Part shown: piece after piece, positions 1-8,368 of the stretch
Position numbering within the stretch: position 1 is the stretch's first letter
Layout: each line of letters starts with the position of its first letter
Assembly: GCA_046289555.1 (NCBI GenBank)
Contig: JBKBVM010000001.1
Location: 1 to 39,604 of the forward strand
Direction of reading: 5' to 3'
Origin: a bacterium
Lineage (GTDB): Bacteria > Sysuimicrobiota > Sysuimicrobiia > Sysuimicrobiales > Sysuimicrobiaceae
DNA length: 39,604 bases
Position numbers and translations under genes: made by a program
Notes under the pieces: model-generated
What the model was told of the DNA's origin: nothing
Seen by the model: the letters and a program-made list of their open reading frames with translations, nothing else
Database searches by the model: none

Positions 1-438
1 GAACCCGACCCTCAGGTACCGGAGGTCCCTACCGTGGCGGTCCAGGATCTCCGTCTGGAGCCGGAACCGCCGGTCCATGTCCTCCTGCAGGGCCCGGAAG
101 CGCTCGTCCATCGCCTCAAACCGACGACCCATGTCCTCCTGGAGGGTCCGGAAGCGCTCGTCCATCGCCTCAAACCGGCCACCCATGTCCTCCCGCAGGG
201 CCCGGATCTCCTCCAGCACACGGATCAGCTCCGAACGCGGGCTCAGGGTCTGTGCGAGGATGCCCACCACCTCCGCACCGAAGCGCGGCTCCTCCTGGAG
301 GAGCCGCGGGAGAGCCTCCCGTAGCCACCGGACAAGATCCTCCTCCTTCCAGAGGGCGGCCCGGAGGGCTTCCCTCCACCGCGGCTCCCGCTCCAGCAGC
401 CGCACCAGCTCCTGCAGGTCCCTTACGGTCAGCGGCAT
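1..438 (-). CDS. hypothetical coiled-coil repeat protein, N-terminal 146 codons only (gene continues beyond the window start)
   Basis: ATG at 438 (cat 436-438 on the + strand) opens a minus-strand frame that stays open to base 1. It is missing from the ORF track only because it runs off the edge. Translation: MPLTVRDLQELVRLLEREPRWREALRAALWKEEDLVRWLREALPRLLQEEPRFGAEVVGILAQTLSPRSELIRVLEEIRALREDMGGRFEAMDERFRTLQEDMGRRFEAMDERFRALQEDMDRRFRLQTEILDRHGRDLRYLRVGF. The composition is helical, charged and protein-like, unlike the R/P/G-rich listed ORFs 12..221(-), 170..379(-) and 34..324(+). The family is not recognised with certainty. It is reminiscent of coiled-coil N-termini of DUF3782 / PD-(D/E)XK-type hypothetical proteins (recollection only). 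Confidence 0.6.
   Translation of the reverse strand, partial: MPLTVRDLQELVRLLEREPRWREALRAALWKEEDLVRWLREALPRLLQEEPRFGAEVVGILAQTLSPRSELIRVLEEIRALREDMGGRFEAMDERFRTLQEDMGRRFEAMDERFRALQEDMDRRFRLQTEILDRHGRDLRYLRVGF
77..208. repeat. 54-bp tandem repeat: two full copies (77-130, 131-184) plus a third partial copy of about 24 bp
   Basis: Copy 1 is atgtcctcctgcagggcccggaagcgctcgtccatcgcctcaaaccgacgaccc. Copy 2 is atgtcctcctggagggtccggaagcgctcgtccatcgcctcaaaccggccaccc, with 4 mismatches in 54. The period is a multiple of 3 and lies inside the minus-strand CDS, where it encodes 18-aa units EDMG(G/R)RFEAMDERFR(T/A)LQ. Confidence 0.85.
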
Positions 439-475
439 CTCAACCGCATTGTATCCCGCGCCTCCGCTTGCCGCC

Positions 476-1330
476 TCACGCCCCGTAGTCGTAGAAGCCC
501 TTGCCCGTCTTGCGGCCGTGGTGGCCCGCCAGGGTCATCTGCTTGAGCAAAAGCGGCGGCGCGTACCGCGGGTCCTTCAGCTCCTGGTACATGGCCTCCG
601 CGATGTAGTACGTGGTGTCGATCCCCACGAAGTCCAGCAGCGTCAGGGGGCCCATGGGGTGGTTCAGCCCCAGCTGCACCGCGGTGTCGATCTCCTCCTT
701 GGTGGCCAGCCCCTTTTCCAGCGCCCGGACCGCGTCCAGGAGGAAGGGGACCAGCAGGTAGTTGACCACGAAGCCCGGGTGGTCCTTGGTCACCACCACC
801 GTCTTGCCCAGGGACTCCGCGAAAGCCCGGCAGGTGGCCAGGGTCTCCTCGCTGGTGAGGTAACCCCGCACCAGCTCCACCAGCTTCATCACCGGTACCG
901 GGTTGAAGAAGTGCATGCCGCAGAACCGGTCCCCACGCCGGGTAACCGACGCCTGCTCCGTGATGGACAGCGACGACGTGTTGCTGCAGAAGATGGTGTG
1001 GGGCGGGCACAGGCTGTCCAGCTCCCTCCAGATCTCCTTCTTCACGTCCATGAGCTCCACCGCAGCCTCGATCACCAGGTCGCACTCCCGCAGGTCCTCC
1101 ATCCGCACCGTCCCCCGGATGCGGGCCCAGGCCGCGTCCCGGTCCGGGGCGGCCAGCTTACCGCGCTCCACCGCGCGCGCCATGGACTCCTCCACCCTCC
1201 TCAGGCCCCGCTGCAGGAGCTCCTCGTTCACCTCCCGGACCACCACCCGGTAGCCGCTCCGGGCGCAGGTCTCCACGATCCCGGAGCCCATCAGCCCGCA
1301 GCCCACCACGCCGACCGTCTGGATGGTCAC
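476..1330 (-). CDS. hbd: 3-hydroxybutyryl-CoA / 3-hydroxyacyl-CoA dehydrogenase (NAD-dependent)
   Basis: Listed ORF 476..1339. It has an N-terminal Rossmann motif VGVVGCGLMGSGIV, a central FCGMHFFNPVPVMKLVELV and a C-terminal dimerisation region typical of Hbd/HADH. I moved the start to GTG 1330 because GGGAGGTGA lies 5 nt upstream. The in-frame GTG 1339 is the alternative. Confidence 0.9.
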   Translation of the reverse strand: MTIQTVGVVGCGLMGSGIVETCARSGYRVVVREVNEELLQRGLRRVEESMARAVERGKLAAPDRDAAWARIRGTVRMEDLRECDLVIEAAVELMDVKKEIWRELDSLCPPHTIFCSNTSSLSITEQASVTRRGDRFCGMHFFNPVPVMKLVELVRGYLTSEETLATCRAFAESLGKTVVVTKDHPGFVVNYLLVPFLLDAVRALEKGLATKEEIDTAVQLGLNHPMGPLTLLDFVGIDTTYYIAEAMYQELKDPRYAPPLLLKQMTLAGHHGRKTGKGFYDYGA

Positions 1331-1898
1331 CCGTATCACCTCCCTGCCGAGTTTCCGGTTCCCTCCACGGTGAGACGATCCCGCCTGGACGGGCCCGCAG
1401 GACCTCCACTTCCGCCTCCTCCTGGGCGCGCAGGTCCAGCACGTACCACGCGTCGTACCCCTCGCCGGGGATCCGTTCCAGGGCCTGACGCATCAGCTGG
1501 AACTGCCGCTCCACCACCTCCGGGGCGACCCGCCGGGACCGCCGCCCGTTGCGCTCCAGGCACACCTCCAGGGGGACGTCGAAGGCCAGCACCACCACCG
1601 GCGCGCCGCACCGCCGCGCCAGGGCCCGCAGCTCTGCCCGCGCGCGGGCGGTCACCGCGGTGCTGTCCGCCACCGCCACGCGCCCCAGCTCCAGCCGGTG
1701 GCGGAGGATCTCGTGGAACAGCTCGAAGGCCCTCCCGCTCACGCTCATGTCGGACTCGTCGTCGGAGATCATGGCCCGGCACCGGTCGCTGCTCACCACC
1801 TCCGTCTCCCGGAAGTGCCGCCTCGCGAAGGTGGTCTTCCCGCTCCCGGCCGGTCCCACCAGGACCACCAGCGCGCCCGGCGGCACCACGATCCGCAC
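1158..1898 (-). CDS. stand-alone polynucleotide-kinase-like P-loop ATPase (AAA_33 / Pnkp kinase-domain family) with a low-complexity read-through tail
   Basis: Listed ORF, GTG start at 1898, 1 nt after the pdp stop. It has Walker A GPAGSGKTT, then VVSSDRCRAMISDDESD and VADSTAV...LERNGRRSRRV, collinear with my recollection of the Clostridium thermocellum Pnkp kinase domain (ISSDFCRGLVSDDENDQ...VVDATNV). The recognisable domain ends near ...YVLDLRAQEEAEVEVLRARP (about aa 170). The last ~75 aa are G/R/P-rich and overlap hbd out of frame. Confidence 0.7.
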   Translation of the reverse strand: MRIVVPPGALVVLVGPAGSGKTTFARRHFRETEVVSSDRCRAMISDDESDMSVSGRAFELFHEILRHRLELGRVAVADSTAVTARARAELRALARRCGAPVVVLAFDVPLEVCLERNGRRSRRVAPEVVERQFQLMRQALERIPGEGYDAWYVLDLRAQEEAEVEVLRARPGGIVSPWREPETRQGGDTGDHPDGRRGGLRADGLRDRGDLRPERLPGGGPGGERGAPAAGPEEGGGVHGARGGAR

Positions 1899-1899
1899 G

Positions 1900-3204
1900 T
1901 CACACCACCCGGCCGTGGACCAGCGGCCTGGGCCGGGGTGCCGCGGGTCCGATCCGGTACGCCTGCAGCACGCCCGGGGCCGCCGCCTCCGCTTCTTCCC
2001 GGGTTCGGGCGTGCATCAGCGCCAGGACGTCCCCCCGGCTCACCCGCGTGCCCGTCTTGGCCAGCACCACGAGGCCCACCGAGGGGTCGATGCGGTCCTC
2101 CTTGCGGGCCCGGCCGGCTCCCAGGACCATGGCCGCACGCCCGACGGCCTCTGCGTCCATGGCCTGCACGTACCCCTCTTCCTGGCAGCGGACCTCCACC
2201 GTCACCGGCGCCGACGGCAGGCGGTCCGGATCCTCCACCACCGCCGGGTCCCCGCCCTGCGCGCGGACCATCTCCTGGAACTTCCGGAGTCCCCCGCCGT
2301 CCCGTACCCGTTCCAGAAGCAGGCGCCGGCCTTCGTCCTCGTCCCGGACCCTTCCCCCCAGCCGCAGCATCTCCGCCCCGAGGGCCAGACACAGCTCCGT
2401 GAGGTCGCCGGGGCCCTCGCCCCGCAGGGTGGCCACCGCCTCCCGGACCTCCAGGGCGTTCCCCACCGCGTGACCCAAAGGCTGGTCCATGTCCGTGATG
2501 AGGGCCACCGTCTGCCTGCCCAACCGGGTCCCGATGGCCACCATGGCCCGCGCCAGGGCCCGCGCTCCCTCCACGTCCTTCACAAACGCCCCGCTTCCCG
2601 TCTTCACGTCCAGGACGACGGCGTCCGCCCCGCCCGCGATCTTCTTGCTCATGATGCTGCTGGCGATGAGGGGGACGCTGTCCACGGTGGCGGTCACGTC
2701 CCGGAGGGAGTACAGCTTCTTGTCCGCCGGCACGAGGTCCGCCGTCTGTCCCACGATGGCGCAGCCCACCCGGCGTACCTGGTCGAGGAACGCCTCCACG
2801 TCCACCTCCGTCCGCAGCCCCGGGATGGACTCCAGCTTGTCCAGGGTCCCGCCCGTGTGGCCGAGCCCGCGGCCGGACATCTTCGGCACGGGCACGCCGC
2901 ACGACGCCACCAGGGGTACCAGCACCAGGGACGTCTTGTCCCCCACCCCGCCGCTGCTGTGTTTGTCCACCTTCACTCCGGGAATCCCGCTCAGGTCCAG
3001 CATCCGACCGGACCGCGCCATGGCCAGGGTGAGGTCCGCGGTCTCCCGGTCCGTCATGCCGCGGAAGTACACCGCCATGAGCCACGCGCTCACCTGGTAG
3101 TCGGCCACCTCACCCCGCACGAACCCGCCCACCAAAAACGCCAGCTCCTCCGCGGTGAGCTCTCCTCCGTCCCGCTTCTTCCGGATCAGGTCGTACGGCC
3201 TCAC
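1900..3204 (-). CDS. pdp: pyrimidine-nucleoside (thymidine) phosphorylase
   Basis: Listed ORF 1900..3417. It carries KVDKHSSGGVGDKTSLVLVPLVA, SGRGLGHTGGTLDKLESIPG and LIASSIMSKKIA motifs. I re-assigned the start to GTG 3204 (VRPYDLIRKKRDGGELTAEE, a typical N-terminus). This start overlaps the MNT stop as GTGA. The listed 71-codon extension is R/G/P junk overlapping the MNT gene. Confidence 0.92.
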   Translation of the reverse strand: MRPYDLIRKKRDGGELTAEELAFLVGGFVRGEVADYQVSAWLMAVYFRGMTDRETADLTLAMARSGRMLDLSGIPGVKVDKHSSGGVGDKTSLVLVPLVASCGVPVPKMSGRGLGHTGGTLDKLESIPGLRTEVDVEAFLDQVRRVGCAIVGQTADLVPADKKLYSLRDVTATVDSVPLIASSIMSKKIAGGADAVVLDVKTGSGAFVKDVEGARALARAMVAIGTRLGRQTVALITDMDQPLGHAVGNALEVREAVATLRGEGPGDLTELCLALGAEMLRLGGRVRDEDEGRRLLLERVRDGGGLRKFQEMVRAQGGDPAVVEDPDRLPSAPVTVEVRCQEEGYVQAMDAEAVGRAAMVLGAGRARKEDRIDPSVGLVVLAKTGTRVSRGDVLALMHARTREEAEAAAPGVLQAYRIGPAAPRPRPLVHGRVV

Positions 3205-3623
3205 GCGATCCTCCAGCCCGACCGCCACGGGACCACCCGTCCGGCCTCGCGCCACTGCCGGAAGGTGGCTCGCATCCGCTCGAAGCTCCCCCGGTCCCAC
3301 AGCACCACCCCGTACTCGAGCGCGTCCAGGAGCAGCAGGTGCCGGTCGTGGAACATCCGCTCCCACTCGGACCTCGCGTACGGGAACACGTCCACCCGGC
3401 CGTCCCGAGCCTCCCACTCCGCCAGGCGGTCCACCCAGCGCTGGCCGTCGTCCCCCCTCAGGCCCACCAGCACGTCGAAGTCGCTGTCCCGCGTCCAGTC
3501 GCCCCGCGCCCGGGAACCGAACAGGACCAGGAACTCCACCTCGTCAGCCCGCTCCCGCAGCACGTGGTCCACGTACCGCCGCAGCGGTTCCGCCTCAGGG
3601 CCCTCCCACCGCGGACCGGGCAA
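3201..3623 (-). CDS. minimal nucleotidyltransferase (MNT) domain protein, putative antitoxin partner of the HEPN protein
   Basis: Listed ORF (140 aa, TTG start; GTG 3572 is an alternative). It has the pol-beta-type NTase signature LFGSRARGDWTRDSDFDVLV (hG[GS]x9-13Dh[DE]h). It lies adjacent to a HEPN gene and overlaps it by 29 nt. Confidence 0.8.
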   Translation of the reverse strand: MPGPRWEGPEAEPLRRYVDHVLRERADEVEFLVLFGSRARGDWTRDSDFDVLVGLRGDDGQRWVDRLAEWEARDGRVDVFPYARSEWERMFHDRHLLLLDALEYGVVLWDRGSFERMRATFRQWREAGRVVPWRSGWRIA

Positions 3624-3987
3624 AGCCCACCACCTCCTCCGCGTCCCGCAGGGCTTGGGATGCGTCCTCCTCGAAGAACTGCTCCGCGGGCACCCCGCGG
3701 TCGAAGGCGTTCGGGTAGCGGGTCGGCACGTAGTACCGGTTCAGGCGGGCGCACGCGCCCCGCACGGATTCCGGAACCGCCACCTGATCGGCCACCGCCT
3801 GGAGCAGCAGGTTCAGGTTGTACCCGGTCTGCGGGGTGCGGCGGTGCTCGCAGATGGCCTTCAGGGCCTTCTCGGCCGCCTGGTGGCAGGTGAAGCAGCA
3901 CCACGACCAGTGCCGTCCCCCGTACAGGGTCCGGGCTGCGGCCAGCTCCGCTTCCGCCTCCCGCATCCAGTCCCAGGTCCGCTGCAC
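3595..3987 (-). CDS. HEPN domain protein (PF05168-like), putative toxin partner of the MNT protein
   Basis: Listed ORF (130 aa, GTG start 4 nt after the punA stop). CFTCHQAAEKALKAICEH and the C-terminal LNRYYVPTRYPNAF are the two hallmark helices of classical HEPN proteins that pair with MNTs. Confidence 0.8.
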   Translation of the reverse strand: MQRTWDWMREAEAELAAARTLYGGRHWSWCCFTCHQAAEKALKAICEHRRTPQTGYNLNLLLQAVADQVAVPESVRGACARLNRYYVPTRYPNAFDRGVPAEQFFEEDASQALRDAEEVVGFARSAVGGP

Positions 3988-3991
3988 GCTC

Positions 3992-4818
3992 CTACAGCTC
4001 CATCTCCCGCACGATGCGGCGGACCAGGCGCACGAACCGCGGCTCCAGCTCCCGGGCCACCCGCAGCACCTCCTCGTGGGTCACGGGCTGGACGGCCTCC
4101 CCGGTGGCCATGTCGGTGATGGCCGCAAGGCCCAGCACCCGCATGCCCAGGTGCCGCGCCGCGATGACCTCCGGCACCGTGGACATCCCTACCGCGTCCG
4201 CGCCGAAGCCCCGCAGCATCCGCAGCTCCGCCGCGGTCTCGTACGAGGGGCCCACCACCGCCACGTACACCCCGCGCCGGAGGACCACCCGTTCCTCCAC
4301 CGCGCACCGTTCCGCCAGCTCCACCAGGGCTGGGTCGTAGGGCCTGGACATGTCCGGGAAACGCGGGCCCAGGCTGTCGTCGTTGGGCCCCACCAGGGGG
4401 TTGGTCCCCTGGAAGTTGATGTGGTCGGTGATCACCATGAGGTCTCCGGCCCGCCACTCCCGGTTCAGCCCGCCCGCGGCGTTGCTGACCAGCAGGGTCC
4501 GGCACCCCAGGGCGAACAGCACCCGGATGGGGAAGGCCACCTCCTGCGCGGTGTAGCCCTCGTACAGGTGCACCCGCCCCTGCATGGCGGCTGTGGGCTT
4601 GCCCTCCAGCCAGCCCAGCACCAGCCGGCCTGCGTGGCCCGGCACCGTGGAGGTGGGGAAGTGAGGGATCTCGGCGTAGGGGACGACGCCGACGGTTTCG
4701 ACGTGGTCTGCCAGGGCTCCCAGCCCGGAGCCCAGCACCACGGCCAGCTTCGGCTCGAAGGCCACCCGCCGGCGCACTGCCTCGGCCGCCTCTTCCATCC
4801 GCCGGCGCAACTCGGAGG

Positions 4819-4822
<4 letters not shown>
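3992..4822 (-). CDS. punA: purine nucleoside phosphorylase (PNP family 2, inosine/guanosine type)
   Basis: Listed ORF 3992..4864. It carries [46 protein letters not shown] and [13 protein letters not shown] set the start to ATG 4822 ([16 protein letters not shown]...), which overlaps the deoB stop as ATGA. Confidence 0.92.
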
Positions 4823-5994
<1,172 letters not shown>

Positions 5995-5995
5995 G

Positions 5996-6937
5996 TCACC
6001 CTCCGCGGGACGTCCGGTCTTCCCACGCGTCCCGGGGGTGGGATCGGTCGAACACCTCCCGGAGGTGCGGGCGGCTCAGGTGGGTGTACACCTGCGTGGT
6101 GGCGATGTTGGCGTGGCCCAACAGTTCCTGCACGCTGCGCAGGTCCGCGCCCCCCTCCAGCAGGTGGGTGGCGAAGGAGTGACGCAGGACGTGCGGGGTC
6201 ACCCGCCGGGTGATCCCCGCGGCGCGGGCGTAGCGCCGCAGCAGCGCCCACACCCACTGACGCGAAAGCCGGCGCCCCGTTCGGCCCACGAACAGCGGCC
6301 CTGCGGAGCGGGCCAGGCGCGGCCGTGCCAGCTTCAGGTAGGTCTCCAGGGCCCTCACCGCGTGGGCCCCGAGAGGCACCACCCGCTCCCGGTTGCCCTT
6401 TCCCAGCACCCGGACCAGCTCCGCTTCCAGGTCCACGTCCCCCACGTCCAGCCCCACCAGCTCCGAAACCCGCAGCCCGCTGCTGTACAGCAGCTCCAGG
6501 GCTGCCCGGTCGCGGAGGCCCTCCGGGGTGCTCGGGTCGGGCTGCTCCAGCAGCCGGACCACTTCCTCCACCGACAGGACCTTGGGCAGCCGCTCGCCCC
6601 GTTTGGGCGCGGCCACGTCCTCCGTGGGGTCGGATTGCACCCACCCTTCCCGCACGAGGAACCGGTAGAAGGAACGCAGGGCGGCCAGCCGGCGCGCCAC
6701 GGTGGCGGGACTGCGGCCGCTGCGCCTGAGGGAGAACAGGTACAGGGTGACAGCAGGCCGCCGCACGGCCCCGGGCTCTGTAAGCCCCTGCCGGGCCGCG
6801 AAGGCCGCGAAGTCCGCCAGGTCCGCCCGGTACGCGGACCGGGTGCGTTCCGCCAGCCCCACCTCCGCACCCAGGTAGTCCAGAAAGGCGTCCACCGCCC
6901 GGGCGAACGGTTCCGGCGGTTCAAAAGCCGGCTGCAT
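5996..6937 (-). CDS. xerD: site-specific tyrosine recombinase, XerC/XerD family
   Basis: Listed ORF 5996..7057. It has an N-terminal SAM-like core-binding domain ([22 protein letters not shown]) and catalytic residues in [45 protein letters not shown] and TTQVYTH. I set the start to ATG 6937 ([10 protein letters not shown]...), preceded by GGGAG. It overlaps the nudF end by 17 nt. The xerD-deoB-punA neighbourhood matches Bacillus ripX-drm-pupG synteny (recollection). Confidence 0.85.
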   Translation of the reverse strand: MQPAFEPPEPFARAVDAFLDYLGAEVGLAERTRSAYRADLADFAAFAARQGLTEPGAVRRPAVTLYLFSLRRSGRSPATVARRLAALRSFYRFLVREGWVQSDPTEDVAAPKRGERLPKVLSVEEVVRLLEQPDPSTPEGLRDRAALELLYSSGLRVSELVGLDVGDVDLEAELVRVLGKGNRERVVPLGAHAVRALETYLKLARPRLARSAGPLFVGRTGRRLSRQWVWALLRRYARAAGITRRVTPHVLRHSFATHLLEGGADLRSVQELLGHANIATTQVYTHLSRPHLREVFDRSHPRDAWEDRTSRGG

Positions 6938-7463
6938 GCCGCTCCCACGCCAGCAGCAGGCCGATGATGGTCTTCGCGTCCCGGACCTCTCCCCGGTCCA
7001 CCAGCCGCCGTGCCTCGTGGAGCGGCACGGCGACCACCTCCATCTCCTCCTCCTCACGCGGAAGGACCCGCGGGCGCAGGTCCGTGCATAAGTACAGGTA
7101 CAGCAGCTCCGTCAGGAAACCCGGGGACGGCGCGAAGGTCACCAGGTGCTCCACCCGCCCCGCCTCGTGGCCCACCTCCTCCGCCAGCTCCCGCTGCACG
7201 CACGCCTCCGGCGTCTCGCCGGGCTCCAGGCTGCCCGCGGGGATCTCCAGGGTCCACCCGCCCAGGGCCGTGCGGTACTGGCGCACGAGGAGGACCCGGC
7301 CGTCCGCGGTCAGCGGGACCATCCCCACCGCGCCCCGGTGCTCCACCACCTCCCGGGTGGTCACCCGGCCGCTGCGCAGCCGCACCTCGTCCAGCCGCAC
7401 CCGCACCACGCGGCCCTCGAACACCACGCGGCTAGCGAGGACCTCCTCCGGGACGTCCTTCAC
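6921..7463 (-). CDS. nudF: NUDIX hydrolase, ADP-ribose pyrophosphatase type
   Basis: Listed ORF 6921..7823. It has the NUDIX box GSLEPGETPEACVQRELAEEVG and is collinear overall with my recollection of B. subtilis NudF (...REVVEHRGAVGMVPL...SPGF...DAKT). I set the start to GTG 7463 ([17 protein letters not shown]), which overlaps the ilvE stop as GTGA. The listed 120-codon extension is G/R/P junk. Confidence 0.85.
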   Translation of the reverse strand: MKDVPEEVLASRVVFEGRVVRVRLDEVRLRSGRVTTREVVEHRGAVGMVPLTADGRVLLVRQYRTALGGWTLEIPAGSLEPGETPEACVQRELAEEVGHEAGRVEHLVTFAPSPGFLTELLYLYLCTDLRPRVLPREEEEMEVVAVPLHEARRLVDRGEVRDAKTIIGLLLAWERHAAGF

Positions 7464-8368
7464 CCCGACCCTCCGGGCGCCGCCACCCTGTCCTCGTACA
7501 CCGGAGTCCCCTCGCGGGCGGTGAGCTCCCGGTAGGCCTGCAGCAGGCGCAGGGTCACCGGGCCCGGCTTCCCGGAGCCGATCACGCGGCCGTCCACCCA
7601 CACCACCGGCCCGATCTCCGCGCCCGTGCCCGTGAGGAACACCTCGTCCGCGGTGTACACGTCGTGCAGCGTGAAGGTTCGCTCGAAGGCGGGGATCCCC
7701 AGGTCCCGGCTGAGCTCCAGGACCGCGTCCCGGGTCACGCCCCGGAGGATCCCCAGGTGAGCCGGTGGGGTCCACACCTCTCCCGAGCGGACCACGAACA
7801 CGTTGTCCGCGCTGCACTCGCACACGTAACCCTCGTGGTTCAGCATGAGGGCCTCGTCCGCGCCGGCCAGGTTCGCCTCGAGCCGGGCGAGGATCTGGTT
7901 CAGGTAGTTCAGAGACTTGATGCGGGGATTCAGGGAGTCAGAAGGGCTCTTCCGGTGGGTGGCGGTGATCATCCGCAGCCCCTCCCGGTACGCCCGCTCG
8001 GGGTACAGCTGGATCTGGTCCACGATCACCACCACGGTGGGCCGCCCGCACTTGCGGGGGTCGATCCCCAGGTCCCCCCGGCCCCGGGTCACGATGGGGC
8101 GGACGTAGGCGTCCTGGAGCCCGTTGCGCCGCACCGCCTCCAGGATGAGCCGCTTCATCTCCTCGGGAGGGATCGGGATCTCGAGGAGGATGGACTTCGC
8201 GGACTCGTACAGCCGCCGCACGTGCTCGTCCAGCTTGAACACCCGGCCGCCGTACACGCGGATCCCCTCGAACACCCCATCCCCGTACAGGAAGCCGTGG
8301 TCGTACACCGACACCGACGCCTCTTCCTTCGGCACGAACCGTCCGTCCACGTACGTCCACCCGCTCAC
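7460..8368 (-). CDS. ilvE: branched-chain amino acid aminotransferase (class IV PLP enzyme)
   Basis: This is the C-terminal 302 aa of listed ORF 7460..10036: [39 protein letters not shown]...[12 protein letters not shown]...[18 protein letters not shown]...[14 protein letters not shown]...[14 protein letters not shown]. The GTG start at 8368 overlaps the pyrG stop as GTGA. The upstream 556 listed codons are out-of-frame junk over pyrG. Confidence 0.88.
   Translation of the reverse strand: MSGWTYVDGRFVPKEEASVSVYDHGFLYGDGVFEGIRVYGGRVFKLDEHVRRLYESAKSILLEIPIPPEEMKRLILEAVRRNGLQDAYVRPIVTRGRGDLGIDPRKCGRPTVVVIVDQIQLYPERAYREGLRMITATHRKSPSDSLNPRIKSLNYLNQILARLEANLAGADEALMLNHEGYVCECSADNVFVVRSGEVWTPPAHLGILRGVTRDAVLELSRDLGIPAFERTFTLHDVYTADEVFLTGTGAEIGPVVWVDGRVIGSGKPGPVTLRLLQAYRELTAREGTPVYEDRVAAPGGSG

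Noticed and set aside
77-208. The 54-bp tandem repeat, considered as a possible CRISPR-like or regulatory repeat array.
   Set aside because: The copies are directly adjacent with no spacers. The period is a multiple of 3, and the repeat lies in-frame inside a protein-like CDS. It is a coding repeat.
77-2473. A 798-aa plus-strand ORF, the longest at the left end.
   Set aside because: It is extremely R/S/P/A-rich low-complexity sequence. It lies antisense to four well-supported minus-strand genes (hbd, kinase, pdp and the coiled-coil protein). This is a typical stop-free shadow frame in 70% GC DNA.
3595-3987. A possible loss of the catalytic His of the HEPN Rx4-6H motif (the segment EHRRTPQTGYNL has Tyr where some homologues have His).
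   Set aside because: I cannot align this family reliably from memory, and RTLYGGRH near the N-terminus also fits Rx6H. I have therefore not claimed it, only flagged it for checking under the HEPN-MNT finding.
1549-4119. An 856-aa plus-strand ORF across the pdp/MNT/HEPN/punA region.
   Set aside because: It has R/P/G/H-rich junk composition, no recognisable motifs, and lies antisense to conserved genes.
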